A stretch of DNA of 64,000 bases from a candidate division FCPU426 bacterium (GCA_963719085.1 CAVRAL010000001.1:128001-192000); one strand, 5' to 3'. Shown: positions 40,810 through 49,476, counted from the stretch's first letter. The notes: a model not told the origin generated them from the sequence alone. Translations and numbers: made by a program.

Positions 40810-41879
40810 CCACGGCTTCCCTGGAAACGCTGCAAGAAAAAATTCTCGACGGCCATGTGGTGAACCGGCAGGAAGCGCTGGAACTTTACCAGCAATCCAG
40901 CTTGAACGACTTGGGATCCATCGCCGACACGCTGAAGGTGCGGTCCCGGGGCGATAAGATCGCCACTTATTTGATCGACCGCAACATCAATTACACCAAT
41001 GTTTGCGTGACGGTTTGCAAATTTTGCGCTTTTTACCGGGAGCCCGGCCATAACGAGGGTTACGTCCATGAGGCCGACAAGATTCTGCATAAAATCGCCG
41101 AGGCCAAGGAAAAGGGCTGTACCCAGATTCTTTTGCAAGGCGGGCACCATCCGGACCTGACGCTGGACTGGTACCTGAACATGCTCTCCAAGATTAAAAC
41201 CACCCATCCGGACGTCACCCTGCACGCTTTTTCGCCCTCGGAATTGGTCCATTTCGCCGAGACTTTCCGGATGCCGGTAAAAGAAATTTTGATCAAGTTC
41301 CGCGAGGCGGGCATGGATTCCATGCCGGGCGGCGGGGCTGAGATTTTGGTCGACCGGGTCCGCAAAGAAATCGCGCCGCTCAAGGCCTCCACGGACGAAT
41401 GGTTGAACGTGATGCGGGACCTGCACGCGCTGGGCATGAAATCAACCGCCACCATGATGTTCGGCCACGTGGAAACCGTGGAAGAACGGGTGGAGCATAT
41501 TTTCAGGGTCCGCGAGGTGCAGGAAGAAACCGGCGGCTTTTTAGGGTTCATTCCCTGGCTTTACCAGCCGGGCAACGAAAGCTTGGGGCTCAAGAGCGCC
41601 AGCGGCATGGAATATTTAAAAACCCTGGCCTTGGCCCGGGTGATTTTGAACCACTGCCTGCCGAACCTTCAGGCTTCCTGGGTGACGCCGGGCAAAAAGA
41701 TCGGCCAATTGGGCCTCAAATACGGCGCCAACGATTTGGGAAGCATCATGTTGGAGGAAAACGTGGTCGCGTCCACGGGCTTGCGGTACCTGATGAGCGT
41801 TGAGGAAATGCGCCGCCTGATCACCGAAATGGGTTATGAACCGCACCAGCGGGATACTTTTTATAACCTGGTGAACTAA
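40806..41879 (+). CDS. mqnC: cyclic dehypoxanthinyl futalosine synthase (radical SAM)
   Basis: DRNINYTNVC...CKFCAFYR; LLQGG.HP; TATMMFGH; QASWVT.G; GANDLGS.MLEENVV. Confidence 0.92.
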   Translation: MTTASLETLQEKILDGHVVNRQEALELYQQSSLNDLGSIADTLKVRSRGDKIATYLIDRNINYTNVCVTVCKFCAFYREPGHNEGYVHEADKILHKIAEAKEKGCTQILLQGGHHPDLTLDWYLNMLSKIKTTHPDVTLHAFSPSELVHFAETFRMPVKEILIKFREAGMDSMPGGGAEILVDRVRKEIAPLKASTDEWLNVMRDLHALGMKSTATMMFGHVETVEERVEHIFRVREVQEETGGFLGFIPWLYQPGNESLGLKSASGMEYLKTLALARVILNHCLPNLQASWVTPGKKIGQLGLKYGANDLGSIMLEENVVASTGLRYLMSVEEMRRLITEMGYEPHQRDTFYNLVN

Positions 41880-41883
41880 GGCC

Positions 41884-42270
41884 ATGAAAATCCGGGGCGT
41901 CGACCTCATCGCCTTCCATGTGGCGGACCTCAACGAGGGGACCCGTTATTACGAGAACCTGGGATTTCAAGTTCAGTTTAGATCCAATGAACTGGGCGTC
42001 ACGGTTTTCCTTTTGGGGACGGATTTTCCCAAACTGCTGGTGACCACCGAGCCTCCGCCCGTTCCCGGGAAGGGAACCTCCCGGCTTTGGTTGGAGGTGG
42101 AGGATGTCACGGCCTTGCTGCCCGAGTTGAAAGCCAAAACCGCCCAGTTCGTCCGGGAGCCCCTGCTCATCGCCACGGGTTGGCTCGTTGAGACCGCGGA
42201 TCCCTGGGGCAACGTGATGAGCTTTCGCGACTACACCGCCCAACCCGATTACGGCCGCCCGAAGAAGTAA
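41884..42270 (+). CDS. VOC/glyoxalase-family protein
   Basis: V.DL.....YY..LG; .EV.DV; DPWGN. Confidence 0.8.
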   Translation: MKIRGVDLIAFHVADLNEGTRYYENLGFQVQFRSNELGVTVFLLGTDFPKLLVTTEPPPVPGKGTSRLWLEVEDVTALLPELKAKTAQFVREPLLIATGWLVETADPWGNVMSFRDYTAQPDYGRPKK

Positions 42271-42282
42271 ACGAAAACGAAT

Positions 42283-42360
42283 GAAACAATGATGAAAACT
42301 GATAACGGCTGATATTTTAAACATGAGAAATCAGCCGTTATCAGTCCATGGCAATGTTTC
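42283..42360. repeat. REP-like inverted repeat, CTGAT family (copy C2)
   Basis: Perfect 16-bp IR ACTGATAACGGCTGAT / ATCAGCCGTTATCAGT; begins GAAACAATGAT like C1. Confidence 0.7.
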
Positions 42361-42416
42361 AAATGATTTTTTCAGCGCGAAGGGAATGATTTTAAAATGA
42401 AAAAGGAAAAAAATAC

Positions 42417-42809
42417 GTGAAAGATTACAACGAAAGCCACGCCAAATCCGGGATCAAGATCAAGCTGCCCATCGTGGAAACTTTTCCCAACCAATATCCG
42501 GGCTATACCATCCGCATCGAGATTCCCGAATACACGGCGGTCTGCCCGAAAACCGGCCTGCCCGACTTTGGAACCATTATTTTGGAATACGAGCCCGTGA
42601 AGAGTGTTCTGGAACTCAAGTCACTCAAGGGCTATATCCTGGCCTACCGCAATATCGGTATCTTTTATGAGAACGCGGTGAACCGCATGCTCCGGGATTT
42701 CACCTCGGCCGCCAAGCCCAAATGGTGCCGGGTCACCGGCGTTTTCGCCACCCGGGGCGGCATGCATTCCACCATTACGGCTACTTCCGGCCGAGTCCCG
42801 AAGGCTTAA
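42417..42809 (+). CDS. queF: NADPH-dependent preQ0 reductase (type I)
   Basis: PEYT.VCPKTGLPDFG, ELKSLK.Y, RGG. Confidence 0.9.
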   Translation: MKDYNESHAKSGIKIKLPIVETFPNQYPGYTIRIEIPEYTAVCPKTGLPDFGTIILEYEPVKSVLELKSLKGYILAYRNIGIFYENAVNRMLRDFTSAAKPKWCRVTGVFATRGGMHSTITATSGRVPKA

Positions 42810-43045
42810 TCGGCCGCAGCCCCCTAAGGGCTGGCTCGAGCGTCTAAACCCTCAAGGTACGCCTTTTCCCAAGCCGAGCTTGGACCATGCCCAAGCCGAG
42901 CTTGGACCCCACAGCCCAAGCTGAGGGATGGTGTCTGGGATGAGGCCCGGTCTGCGACCAGGCCCCAAGTTTTACTTTAAATGAACATGAAGCTTTTTTT
43001 GTTTTGTGTATAATCCCCCCCAACTTTCGCAAGGAGCAACCCAAG

Positions 43046-43944
43046 ATGGCAATCAAGACCGAATGGACCACGGATACCTTTGGCCATGTTTATAAAGGCC
43101 GTTCCCTTTACCGGGGCCAGACCCCTTTCCAGTCCATGGAGATTTTCGAGAACGAGACTTTCGGAACCCTATTGTTTCTGGACGGCAAGATCCAGATCAG
43201 CCGCGGCGATGAGAACCGCTACCACCAATACCTGGTCTCGGCGCCGCTTTTAGCGCATAAAAACCCTGAAAGCATCTGCATCATCGGCGGCGGGGATTGT
43301 TTCGCCATCGAGGAAGCGGTCAAGTTTAAGGGGTTGAAGCGGATTTTGATGGTGGAGATCGACAAGGGTGTGGTGGATTTTTGCCGCAAGCACTATCCCG
43401 AGATTGAGAAATGCCTGAAGGACAAACGGGTTGAGATTATTTACGAGGACGCCCGCAAGTGGCTGGAGAATAAGCCCGAGACTTTCGACGTGCTTATCAT
43501 CGACCTCACCGAGCCCCACGGGCCGTCCAAGATGCTTTACACGCAGGAATTTTATAAAACTTGTAAAGGGAAGCTGAATCCCAAGGGCCTGATCGCGATC
43601 CATACGGACAACTATTATTTGTTCCCCGAATCCTTCGCCACCATCTATAAAACCTTCCACTCGGTTTTTCCCAATATCCTCACCGCCCGGGTGGACATGC
43701 CTTGCTTTGGGATGGGATGGACCTACCGGATGGCGTCATCCGCCCCGATCTCGATCAAAACGATGGAGTCCAACATTCAAAAAATGAGAAAGAAGGGCGT
43801 TACGTTTGACTATTTAACGCCGTCTCTTTTTTGGTCCAGCCGACGAACGAGGAACTGAAGGTTTTGAAAACCAAAGGACGGCTCTCGACGGACCGAAAGC
43901 CCTACGATAAATTCGAGAAGATGAAGGAATACGTGACGAAGTAG
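43046..43944 (+). CDS. speE: spermidine synthase-like aminopropyltransferase; ORF as given stops at 43858, probable frameshift at T6 tract 43827-43832
   Basis: TPFQ, L.LDG.IQ, IIGGGD, MVEID, D.R, DVLIIDLTEP; alternate frame supplies the C-terminus ...RLSTDRKPYDKFEKMKEYVTK*. Confidence 0.75.
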
Positions 43945-44119
43945 AAACATCGAAGGCAATTGGCATTGATGAACGCGGGTTTTAAGGTCGAAAAATCAGA
44001 GATTGAGGGAAGTCATCGGCATTTATCCGCGTGCGCGCCGCTCTTCCATATAGGAGTTAAGAGAGAGCGGCATTGTCCCGGGACTCCTTAACTTCTCGTG
44101 GGGTCCCGGGGCATCATTG

Positions 44120-45433
44120 CTAAATTTTGTTCGCGCTTAATCCCCGCAGGTAGGTTTCCACGTCCCGGTAGATGTTGTCGACGTCTAACACCTCAAAACA
44201 TCTTACCTTTTGGCAGGTCTTGGCCATCTTGTTGACGCACGTAATATTGCGGCAGGGGCTTTCGGAGACATAGGTCCTCGAAATAACGTCCTGGTTCGCC
44301 GGCGGAAACAAGGGGTCGGTGGAGTCGTATCCCGACATCCGGGGCGGGGTGGCGCCGAAGACCGAAATCACGAAAGTTTTATTCCGGAATTTAACATTTC
44401 CCGACTTGGAGACTTTCCGGGCGGCCGCCATATGCAGGGGCCCTGTGTCGCCGGAGAGAAAAACGTCGGTAAAGTCGATGAGGGCGCAATAGCCGTCGAT
44501 TGAAAGTCCCGTGGGGACGATAACCACCTTCTTTTTCTCGTCCTCGCTCAAACCTTCCCAAAGCCGCTTTTCAATATCTTTGGCCGTGAAGGCTGCTCCC
44601 AATAAAACCGACAGATCCATTTGCGCGAAATGCTTTAGGATCGCCAATTGATAATCAAAGGGGATGCGGGTGAAGGGGGAAGCGGTGTCGGGGTTCAGGA
44701 AAAAGATGGGTTTATCCAAAGCGATCCCGTTGGACTTCAAAAAGTCCTTGGCTTCCTCAAAGGATTTATCCGAAAGGGTCAAGGGAACGCCGGTAAAGGC
44801 GTCGGTTCTTTGGGGTTTTCCAAGGCTTGAAAGCAATTTGTGGGGAAATTCGTAGGATTGAAACAAAAAGTGATTGATCCCGGTCTGGTCGATGTCGTTG
44901 CGCACCAATTGGGGAGCCACGGTCATAAAATTCATGATGGCTTGGCCTTCGGGAAAAAGGCGGCTGTTTTCGAAAAAGGGACTGCAATTAAAGCAAAGGT
45001 CATAGTGGTTTTCCGCCACCAGTTTTTGCACTTCCGCCACATCGGCCGCGTTGGGATAGGGCGCTCCCGTAAAGACCGGATAAAGGTTGGAAATGTCGGG
45101 ATTTCCCTCAATCAAGCAGGCGATCGACTTTTTAATGACGTAGTCGATCCGGGCGGTGGGGAAAAAGTCGCGGAAGGCGCTGACGGCGGCCTGCATCATG
45201 ATGGCGTCGCCGATATGGACGTCGGGGATGACGAGAATTCGCTCGAATTTTTTAACTTTTTGGATGGCCTGAAGGTTTTTCCTCAGGGTGTGGTTGACCA
45301 AAAGCCGGTTACCCACGATGGGCGTCAAGGTATGGTTAAAAAACCAGGCCCCTGATCGGGGAAACCAAGTGGTGACCAGGCTGGTGAGGTGAAACAGGGT
45401 CTTCTGCAGCTTGTTGTCGAGCATTGTTCCCAT
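44120..45433 (-). CDS. glycosyltransferase family 9 (heptosyltransferase-like)
   Basis: HIGDAIM, SGDTGPLHMAAA, .FG.T. Confidence 0.8.
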   Translation of the reverse strand: MGTMLDNKLQKTLFHLTSLVTTWFPRSGAWFFNHTLTPIVGNRLLVNHTLRKNLQAIQKVKKFERILVIPDVHIGDAIMMQAAVSAFRDFFPTARIDYVIKKSIACLIEGNPDISNLYPVFTGAPYPNAADVAEVQKLVAENHYDLCFNCSPFFENSRLFPEGQAIMNFMTVAPQLVRNDIDQTGINHFLFQSYEFPHKLLSSLGKPQRTDAFTGVPLTLSDKSFEEAKDFLKSNGIALDKPIFFLNPDTASPFTRIPFDYQLAILKHFAQMDLSVLLGAAFTAKDIEKRLWEGLSEDEKKKVVIVPTGLSIDGYCALIDFTDVFLSGDTGPLHMAAARKVSKSGNVKFRNKTFVISVFGATPPRMSGYDSTDPLFPPANQDVISRTYVSESPCRNITCVNKMAKTCQKVRCFEVLDVDNIYRDVETYLRGLSANKI

Positions 45434-45554
45434 GGGTTAAAAAGATGAAAGTCGACGGCTATTATCCCATTCCCCCTGCCGGGGTCAAGACTGGCTGGAC
45501 AAGGTTCTGCGATTCCTTTTGAATCGACCCTTGAATTGCGTGTACCCTAGTCTT

Positions 45555-46802
45555 ATGCAACCACGTTTGGTTTTATTCGCCAAAACCCTTTTAACTTTGG
45601 ACCGCTCGAAACCCATCGAGGATGGTTTTGTGCTGGTTCAAGGCAGCCGGATCCTGCAAGTGGGACGCCGGAAGGATTTTTATTCCCAGCCGCCGGTTCG
45701 CGCCCTGGATCTGGGCGACACGATTCTTTTGCCCGGCCTCATCAACGCCCATTGCCACTTGGACTTTACCGCCTTCAAGGGAAAGGTTCCTTTTAAGGGA
45801 AGCTTCCGCGAGTGGCTGAGGGAGATGGCGGGCAAGAGCCGGCTGGCCACAACGGCCGATTTTCACAAGTCGGTCAAATCCGGGATCCAGGAAAGCCTGG
45901 CCCATGGCACGACAACGCTTTGCGACATTTCCACCAGTGGGGAAAGTTTTAAATTGCTTCCCAAGTCGGGCCTGCGGGCCTTCGCTTTTTTGGAGCTTTT
46001 GGATGTGGCCCAGCCCAAGCCGGACGCGGTTTGGAAAAGCTTCCAAGAACGGATGAAGCGTTTGACTTCCGGGCTCCCGGATTCGGAAACATTCCGCTGG
46101 GGCATCGGCCCCCACACGCCTTTCACCGTTTCCAAGGAACTTCTTCTTTTGGCGGGCCGATACGTGGGCTCGCGGGCCCATTGTTTGACCACCCTGCATG
46201 TGGCGGAAAGCCGGGAAGAGTCCGTTTTTTTTAAGCGGGGAAAAGGCCCGATGGCGGATCGCATCAAGGTTTTAAACCCCGATTGGAACCTTCCCCACGG
46301 CACCACGCCGGTTCAATACTTAAACGAGTGCGGCTGGCTTCCTAAATTGGACCTGGCGGTCCATCTCAACGAAGTAGTGGAAAAGGACTTAAGGCTTCTG
46401 GCCAAGAACCGGGTAAGCGTTGTTCACTGCCCGGGGAGCCACGACTTTTTTAACCATTCCCGGTTTAAATTTGAAAAAATGCGCCGCTTGGGGATTCGAG
46501 TCTGCCTGGGGACGGATAGCTTGGCCAGCAACCGGTCTTTGTCCCTGTTCCGTGAAATGAGGCTTTTTCAAGGCGCGCACCCCAAGGTGGGTGCCGAGGA
46601 GATCCTTTCCATGGTGACGGTTAAACCGGCGCAGGCCTTAGGGGAGGGCCGTACCTTAGGGAGGATAAAACCGGGCTATTTCGCCGATCTCATCGGCATT
46701 CCGGCCCCGCGGCGGGGTCAAAAAGACCCCTATCAAGCCGTGATTCAAAACCAACGCCCCGTCACTTTTTCCATGATTCATGGCCGCTTAAGGCTCCGCT
46801 AA
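45555..46802 (+). CDS. amidohydrolase-family deaminase, possibly aminodeoxyfutalosine deaminase
   Basis: PGLINAHCHLD, PHTPFTVS, LHVAES, LGTDSLASN; close to the mqn cluster (substrate is inferred). Confidence 0.75.
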   Translation: MQPRLVLFAKTLLTLDRSKPIEDGFVLVQGSRILQVGRRKDFYSQPPVRALDLGDTILLPGLINAHCHLDFTAFKGKVPFKGSFREWLREMAGKSRLATTADFHKSVKSGIQESLAHGTTTLCDISTSGESFKLLPKSGLRAFAFLELLDVAQPKPDAVWKSFQERMKRLTSGLPDSETFRWGIGPHTPFTVSKELLLLAGRYVGSRAHCLTTLHVAESREESVFFKRGKGPMADRIKVLNPDWNLPHGTTPVQYLNECGWLPKLDLAVHLNEVVEKDLRLLAKNRVSVVHCPGSHDFFNHSRFKFEKMRRLGIRVCLGTDSLASNRSLSLFREMRLFQGAHPKVGAEEILSMVTVKPAQALGEGRTLGRIKPGYFADLIGIPAPRRGQKDPYQAVIQNQRPVTFSMIHGRLRLR

Positions 46803-47005
46803 AGGGCCCCTCTATTCCCTTATTTGGCCTATTTCTGGGATTTACCCAGTTAACTCCCTAAATCCATAAACCCCTTTAAATTAGGCCCTAAAAACTCACA
46901 GAAAGCTCCCTTTAAATAGCCTTAAATTTTTGGTCTAAAAGTCTTAAATAATCATTAAGTATGATGGAATGGAAGATAAAGAGTTACGTTTGTATACCCC
47001 ATTGC

Positions 47006-47033
47006 TTGACATCAAAATACCTGTAATTATAAT
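47006..47033 (+). promoter_or_regulatory. consensus sigma70 promoter inside the transposon
   Basis: TTGACA-16 bp-TATAAT. Confidence 0.75.
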
Positions 47034-47126
47034 GCCTGTTCTTTGACTCAGGCCAATTTTGGCATTTAGAAGTAACCTTTAATTTTTAATCTATAAAACA
47101 ATCTGTTTAAGATTCTGGAGCTAAAC

Positions 47127-47324
47127 ATGAACGAAAAAGAACAGTTAGATCAAATCCAAAGTGAACTCAAAGCTCGTGGAGTTAAGGATGTGAAGTTTTT
47201 TGTTTCTACCACCGGAGAAGCTTCTACGAATAAAGTTGCCGCTGCTGCCGCAACTTTTCTTAGAGCAATCTTGGACGGAAAACGAACTCTCAAGAAAGAA
47301 TTTGGGAGCAATAAATCCAAATAA
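47127..47324 (+). CDS. small hypothetical protein (transposon cargo)
   Basis: GGAG SD, 65 aa, downstream of consensus promoter. Confidence 0.7.
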   Translation: MNEKEQLDQIQSELKARGVKDVKFFVSTTGEASTNKVAAAAATFLRAILDGKRTLKKEFGSNKSK

Positions 47325-47349
47325 GTTAGAACCCGTATCCTTGATATTG

Positions 47350-47382
47350 ATGGGCTCTTAAATGTAAGAGCCCATTTTTTTT
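47350..47382 (+). terminator. intrinsic terminator between the two cargo ORFs
   Basis: ATGGGCTCTTA-AATG-TAAGAGCCCAT plus T-run. Confidence 0.8.
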
Positions 47383-47410
47383 GTTTAAAATACCGTATTT
47401 GGGGCGTCCT

Positions 47411-48046
47411 ATGAGACAGATTACCTATCGACATTTAAAAATTTGTTTAGAAAAAGCAAAGGAGATGTTCGATAAATATCAAACCTGGGGAGATGGCGAT
47501 CCTGGGTTCGAGAGAAATGTCGATGTTTTGGGTAGTGTTTGCGCCCGGGATTTAGAGGAAAGCATTCGTGTCTATGACGTTGAAGCTGTGCCGGAAGAGT
47601 TAAAAGAACTATGCGGTGGCTTGTGCTTAGTGATCGAAGATGGAAGTTATGAAATTAATTTACATCCGGCGCTCAATCCCTGCTGGCAACGATTCATTTT
47701 ATGTAAGGAACTCTTCCAAGTTGTTTTGGACGGCCAAGAGTATAGAAGCGTAAATTTGTATGCTCACCTAGAACAGCTGATTCAAATAATGCCGGGGGAC
47801 GGGGATGACGATAGTATTTATCTTCCGGGCGTTTCTGAGTTGATGGCTGAAATAGCTGCAATGGAATTTTTATTTCCATATTCTGAACGGTTAAAAATCA
47901 AATCTCAAAAAAGTATAAATTTGTTAGACGTTGCAACCAAATATCGGATTCCTCAAAAGTTTGTTGCCATTTATCTTTCGGACGCTTATATGGGTTTTCT
48001 AAATCCCGATTCAGATGATTTGAAAGTTGCTGAAAGCTCGGTATAG
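47411..48046 (+). CDS. ImmA/IrrE (peptidase M78)-like protein with degenerate HExxH (KELFQ)
   Basis: I.LH..LN..WQRFILCKELFQ...SELMAEIAAMEFLFP... C-terminal helical segment (DVATKYRIP). Confidence 0.6.
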   Translation: MRQITYRHLKICLEKAKEMFDKYQTWGDGDPGFERNVDVLGSVCARDLEESIRVYDVEAVPEELKELCGGLCLVIEDGSYEINLHPALNPCWQRFILCKELFQVVLDGQEYRSVNLYAHLEQLIQIMPGDGDDDSIYLPGVSELMAEIAAMEFLFPYSERLKIKSQKSINLLDVATKYRIPQKFVAIYLSDAYMGFLNPDSDDLKVAESSV

Positions 48047-48090
48047 ATTATCTGTAGACTTGTTGTCTTAGGGCTAAAGCCCCCCCGAAG

Positions 48091-48297
48091 TCATTTAAAA
48101 AACTCCCCAAAATCGACTTTCAAATAATCGGCTATTTTCTCCAAAACCGGGATAGTTGGTATCCTTTTGCCGTTAAGGTAATTGTGGATAGTGGCTTTTG
48201 ATATTCCCGCCCCGAAAGCTACCTTCTCAGAGCTTTGGCCGCTGTTCACAATCATTCTTCTTAGGTTTTTAACTGCTTTTTTCGCATAGTTTGACAT
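48091..48297 (-). CDS. XRE/Cro-CI helix-turn-helix protein
   Basis: NLRR...S.E.VA..AGIS..TI..Y.NG.R.PT...LEKIA..L.V...EFF. Confidence 0.88.
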   Translation of the reverse strand: MSNYAKKAVKNLRRMIVNSGQSSEKVAFGAGISKATIHNYLNGKRIPTIPVLEKIADYLKVDFGEFFK

Positions 48298-48384
48298 GCC
48301 AAAAACTATAGATTTTTGTCTTGCCTTATACGTTCACCCTTGTAAACTTTGTTTACGTTCGTAAACCACTTGAATAGGCTAAAC

Positions 48385-48936
48385 ATGGGCAAATATATAG
48401 TAGTCCTAATACTATCCCTTATTGGCTCACTACCTTTAGCTTGTAGCATAGACCATCCGGTACCATCTGCACCTCAAACCGTAGCTACGAGTACATACAC
48501 ACCAACAACCACTCCAACCACGACTACGACACCCACACCTACCTCTATCTACACGATGATTCCGGTTACAATCGTTGCCAATTCTCAATATCCAACTACA
48601 AGTGAACCCAGCTACAGCGCCATACTTTTATGGGGGTCTTGCCCCGGCGGAACAGGCTTATGTCTTAGTGGGTCTGTATCTTTGGGGCTGTCTTCGAATT
48701 ACCAAGCAACTACGGTCGTTTCGATACCACAAGGACAATTTACCTACATTCAAGTTAATGAAGCCTATTCACTCCCGGTAAATTATACTTTTGGAAACAC
48801 ATTGGAACTGATTGTAACCCAACCTAACGTTTCTCCTGTTACGAGTTACGGAAGTCCCGTTACTTCCGGTTCTGATGTTGCCGATGATGCTGACATTGAT
48901 ACGAATGTGGGCAGTTCCGCCTCATCAGTTAAATAA
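48385..48936 (+). CDS. putative lipoprotein with Thr/Pro-rich linker (cargo)
   Basis: MGKYIVVLILSLIGSLPLAC lipobox-like signal; TPTTTPTTTTTPTPT. Confidence 0.65.
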   Translation: MGKYIVVLILSLIGSLPLACSIDHPVPSAPQTVATSTYTPTTTPTTTTTPTPTSIYTMIPVTIVANSQYPTTSEPSYSAILLWGSCPGGTGLCLSGSVSLGLSSNYQATTVVSIPQGQFTYIQVNEAYSLPVNYTFGNTLELIVTQPNVSPVTSYGSPVTSGSDVADDADIDTNVGSSASSVK

Positions 48937-48949
48937 AAGGAGTTTGAAA

Positions 48950-49204
48950 ATGGCAACCTTCTTTATTTGTTATGACCTCGCGCAAAAAGATGAAGATTAT
49001 TACGAAGACCTATTCAAAGATTTGAAAAGTCTAGGTGCCAAACGAGTTCAAGAATCGGTTTGGGCTCTTAAATCTGACCAAAGAACCTCGGAAATTTTCG
49101 ATGCTCTAAAAGGCAATTTCCCGGATGATAACGATAGGCTTTTAGTTGGAAACATAGACGGATGGAGTAGTCGCCATTCGATGTATAACATCAAAGACAT
49201 TTGA
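48950..49204 (+). CDS. stand-alone Cas2/VapD-like small protein
   Basis: AAGGAG SD; FICYDL...Y..L...LK.LG..RVQESVW...DRLLV pattern; no cas1 or array nearby. Confidence 0.65.
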   Translation: MATFFICYDLAQKDEDYYEDLFKDLKSLGAKRVQESVWALKSDQRTSEIFDALKGNFPDDNDRLLVGNIDGWSSRHSMYNIKDI

Positions 49205-49369
49205 TTACTCATCCTCGGAGCTTTGATATTGAGGGATACCTGGAGGGGTAATAAGACTACTTTCGAATTTGACCGTTTCGAGAGATTTGCGCATTACCTC
49301 CAGGGCTTTCCATTCTTCCTTTGACTCAGGTTCAAATTTTAAACCGCCGTTGTACCAGTACACTCTCAT
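49205..49369 (-). CDS. 54-aa hypothetical protein (not in ORF track)
   Basis: MRVYWYNGGLKFEPESKEEWKALEVMRKSLETVKFESSLITPPGIPQYQSSEDE*; ATGA overlap with the upstream small ORF. Confidence 0.5.
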   Translation of the reverse strand: MRVYWYNGGLKFEPESKEEWKALEVMRKSLETVKFESSLITPPGIPQYQSSEDE

Positions 49370-49476
49370 TTTTTTGTATCCTTCTTTTTCTTTTTGGGTT
49401 CCTTGTTTCCGAATTTCAAAATCGCATCCAAAACCTTGTTTAACTTTTCTAATTCCTCTTTAACTTTTTTGGTCAT
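49366..49476 (-). CDS. 36-aa basic peptide coupled to the transposase (not in ORF track)
   Basis: MTKKVKEELEKLNKVLDAILKFGNKEPKKKKKDTKK*; ATG overlaps the transposase TGA. Confidence 0.5.
   Translation of the reverse strand: MTKKVKEELEKLNKVLDAILKFGNKEPKKKKKDTKK

Noticed and set aside
42271..42416. preQ1 riboswitch upstream of queF
   Set aside because: The hairpin belongs to the CTGAT repeat family also seen after asd; no preQ1 consensus loop was recognised.
42868..42925. Possible mini-CRISPR array
   Set aside because: Repeats are 19 bp with 3-6 bp gaps, leaving no spacers of CRISPR length; no cas1 nearby.
44075..44125. HDV-like ribozyme (loop TTCTCGT, GG, short stem, CTAA)
   Set aside because: P2 and P3 pairings could not be built in the required order.
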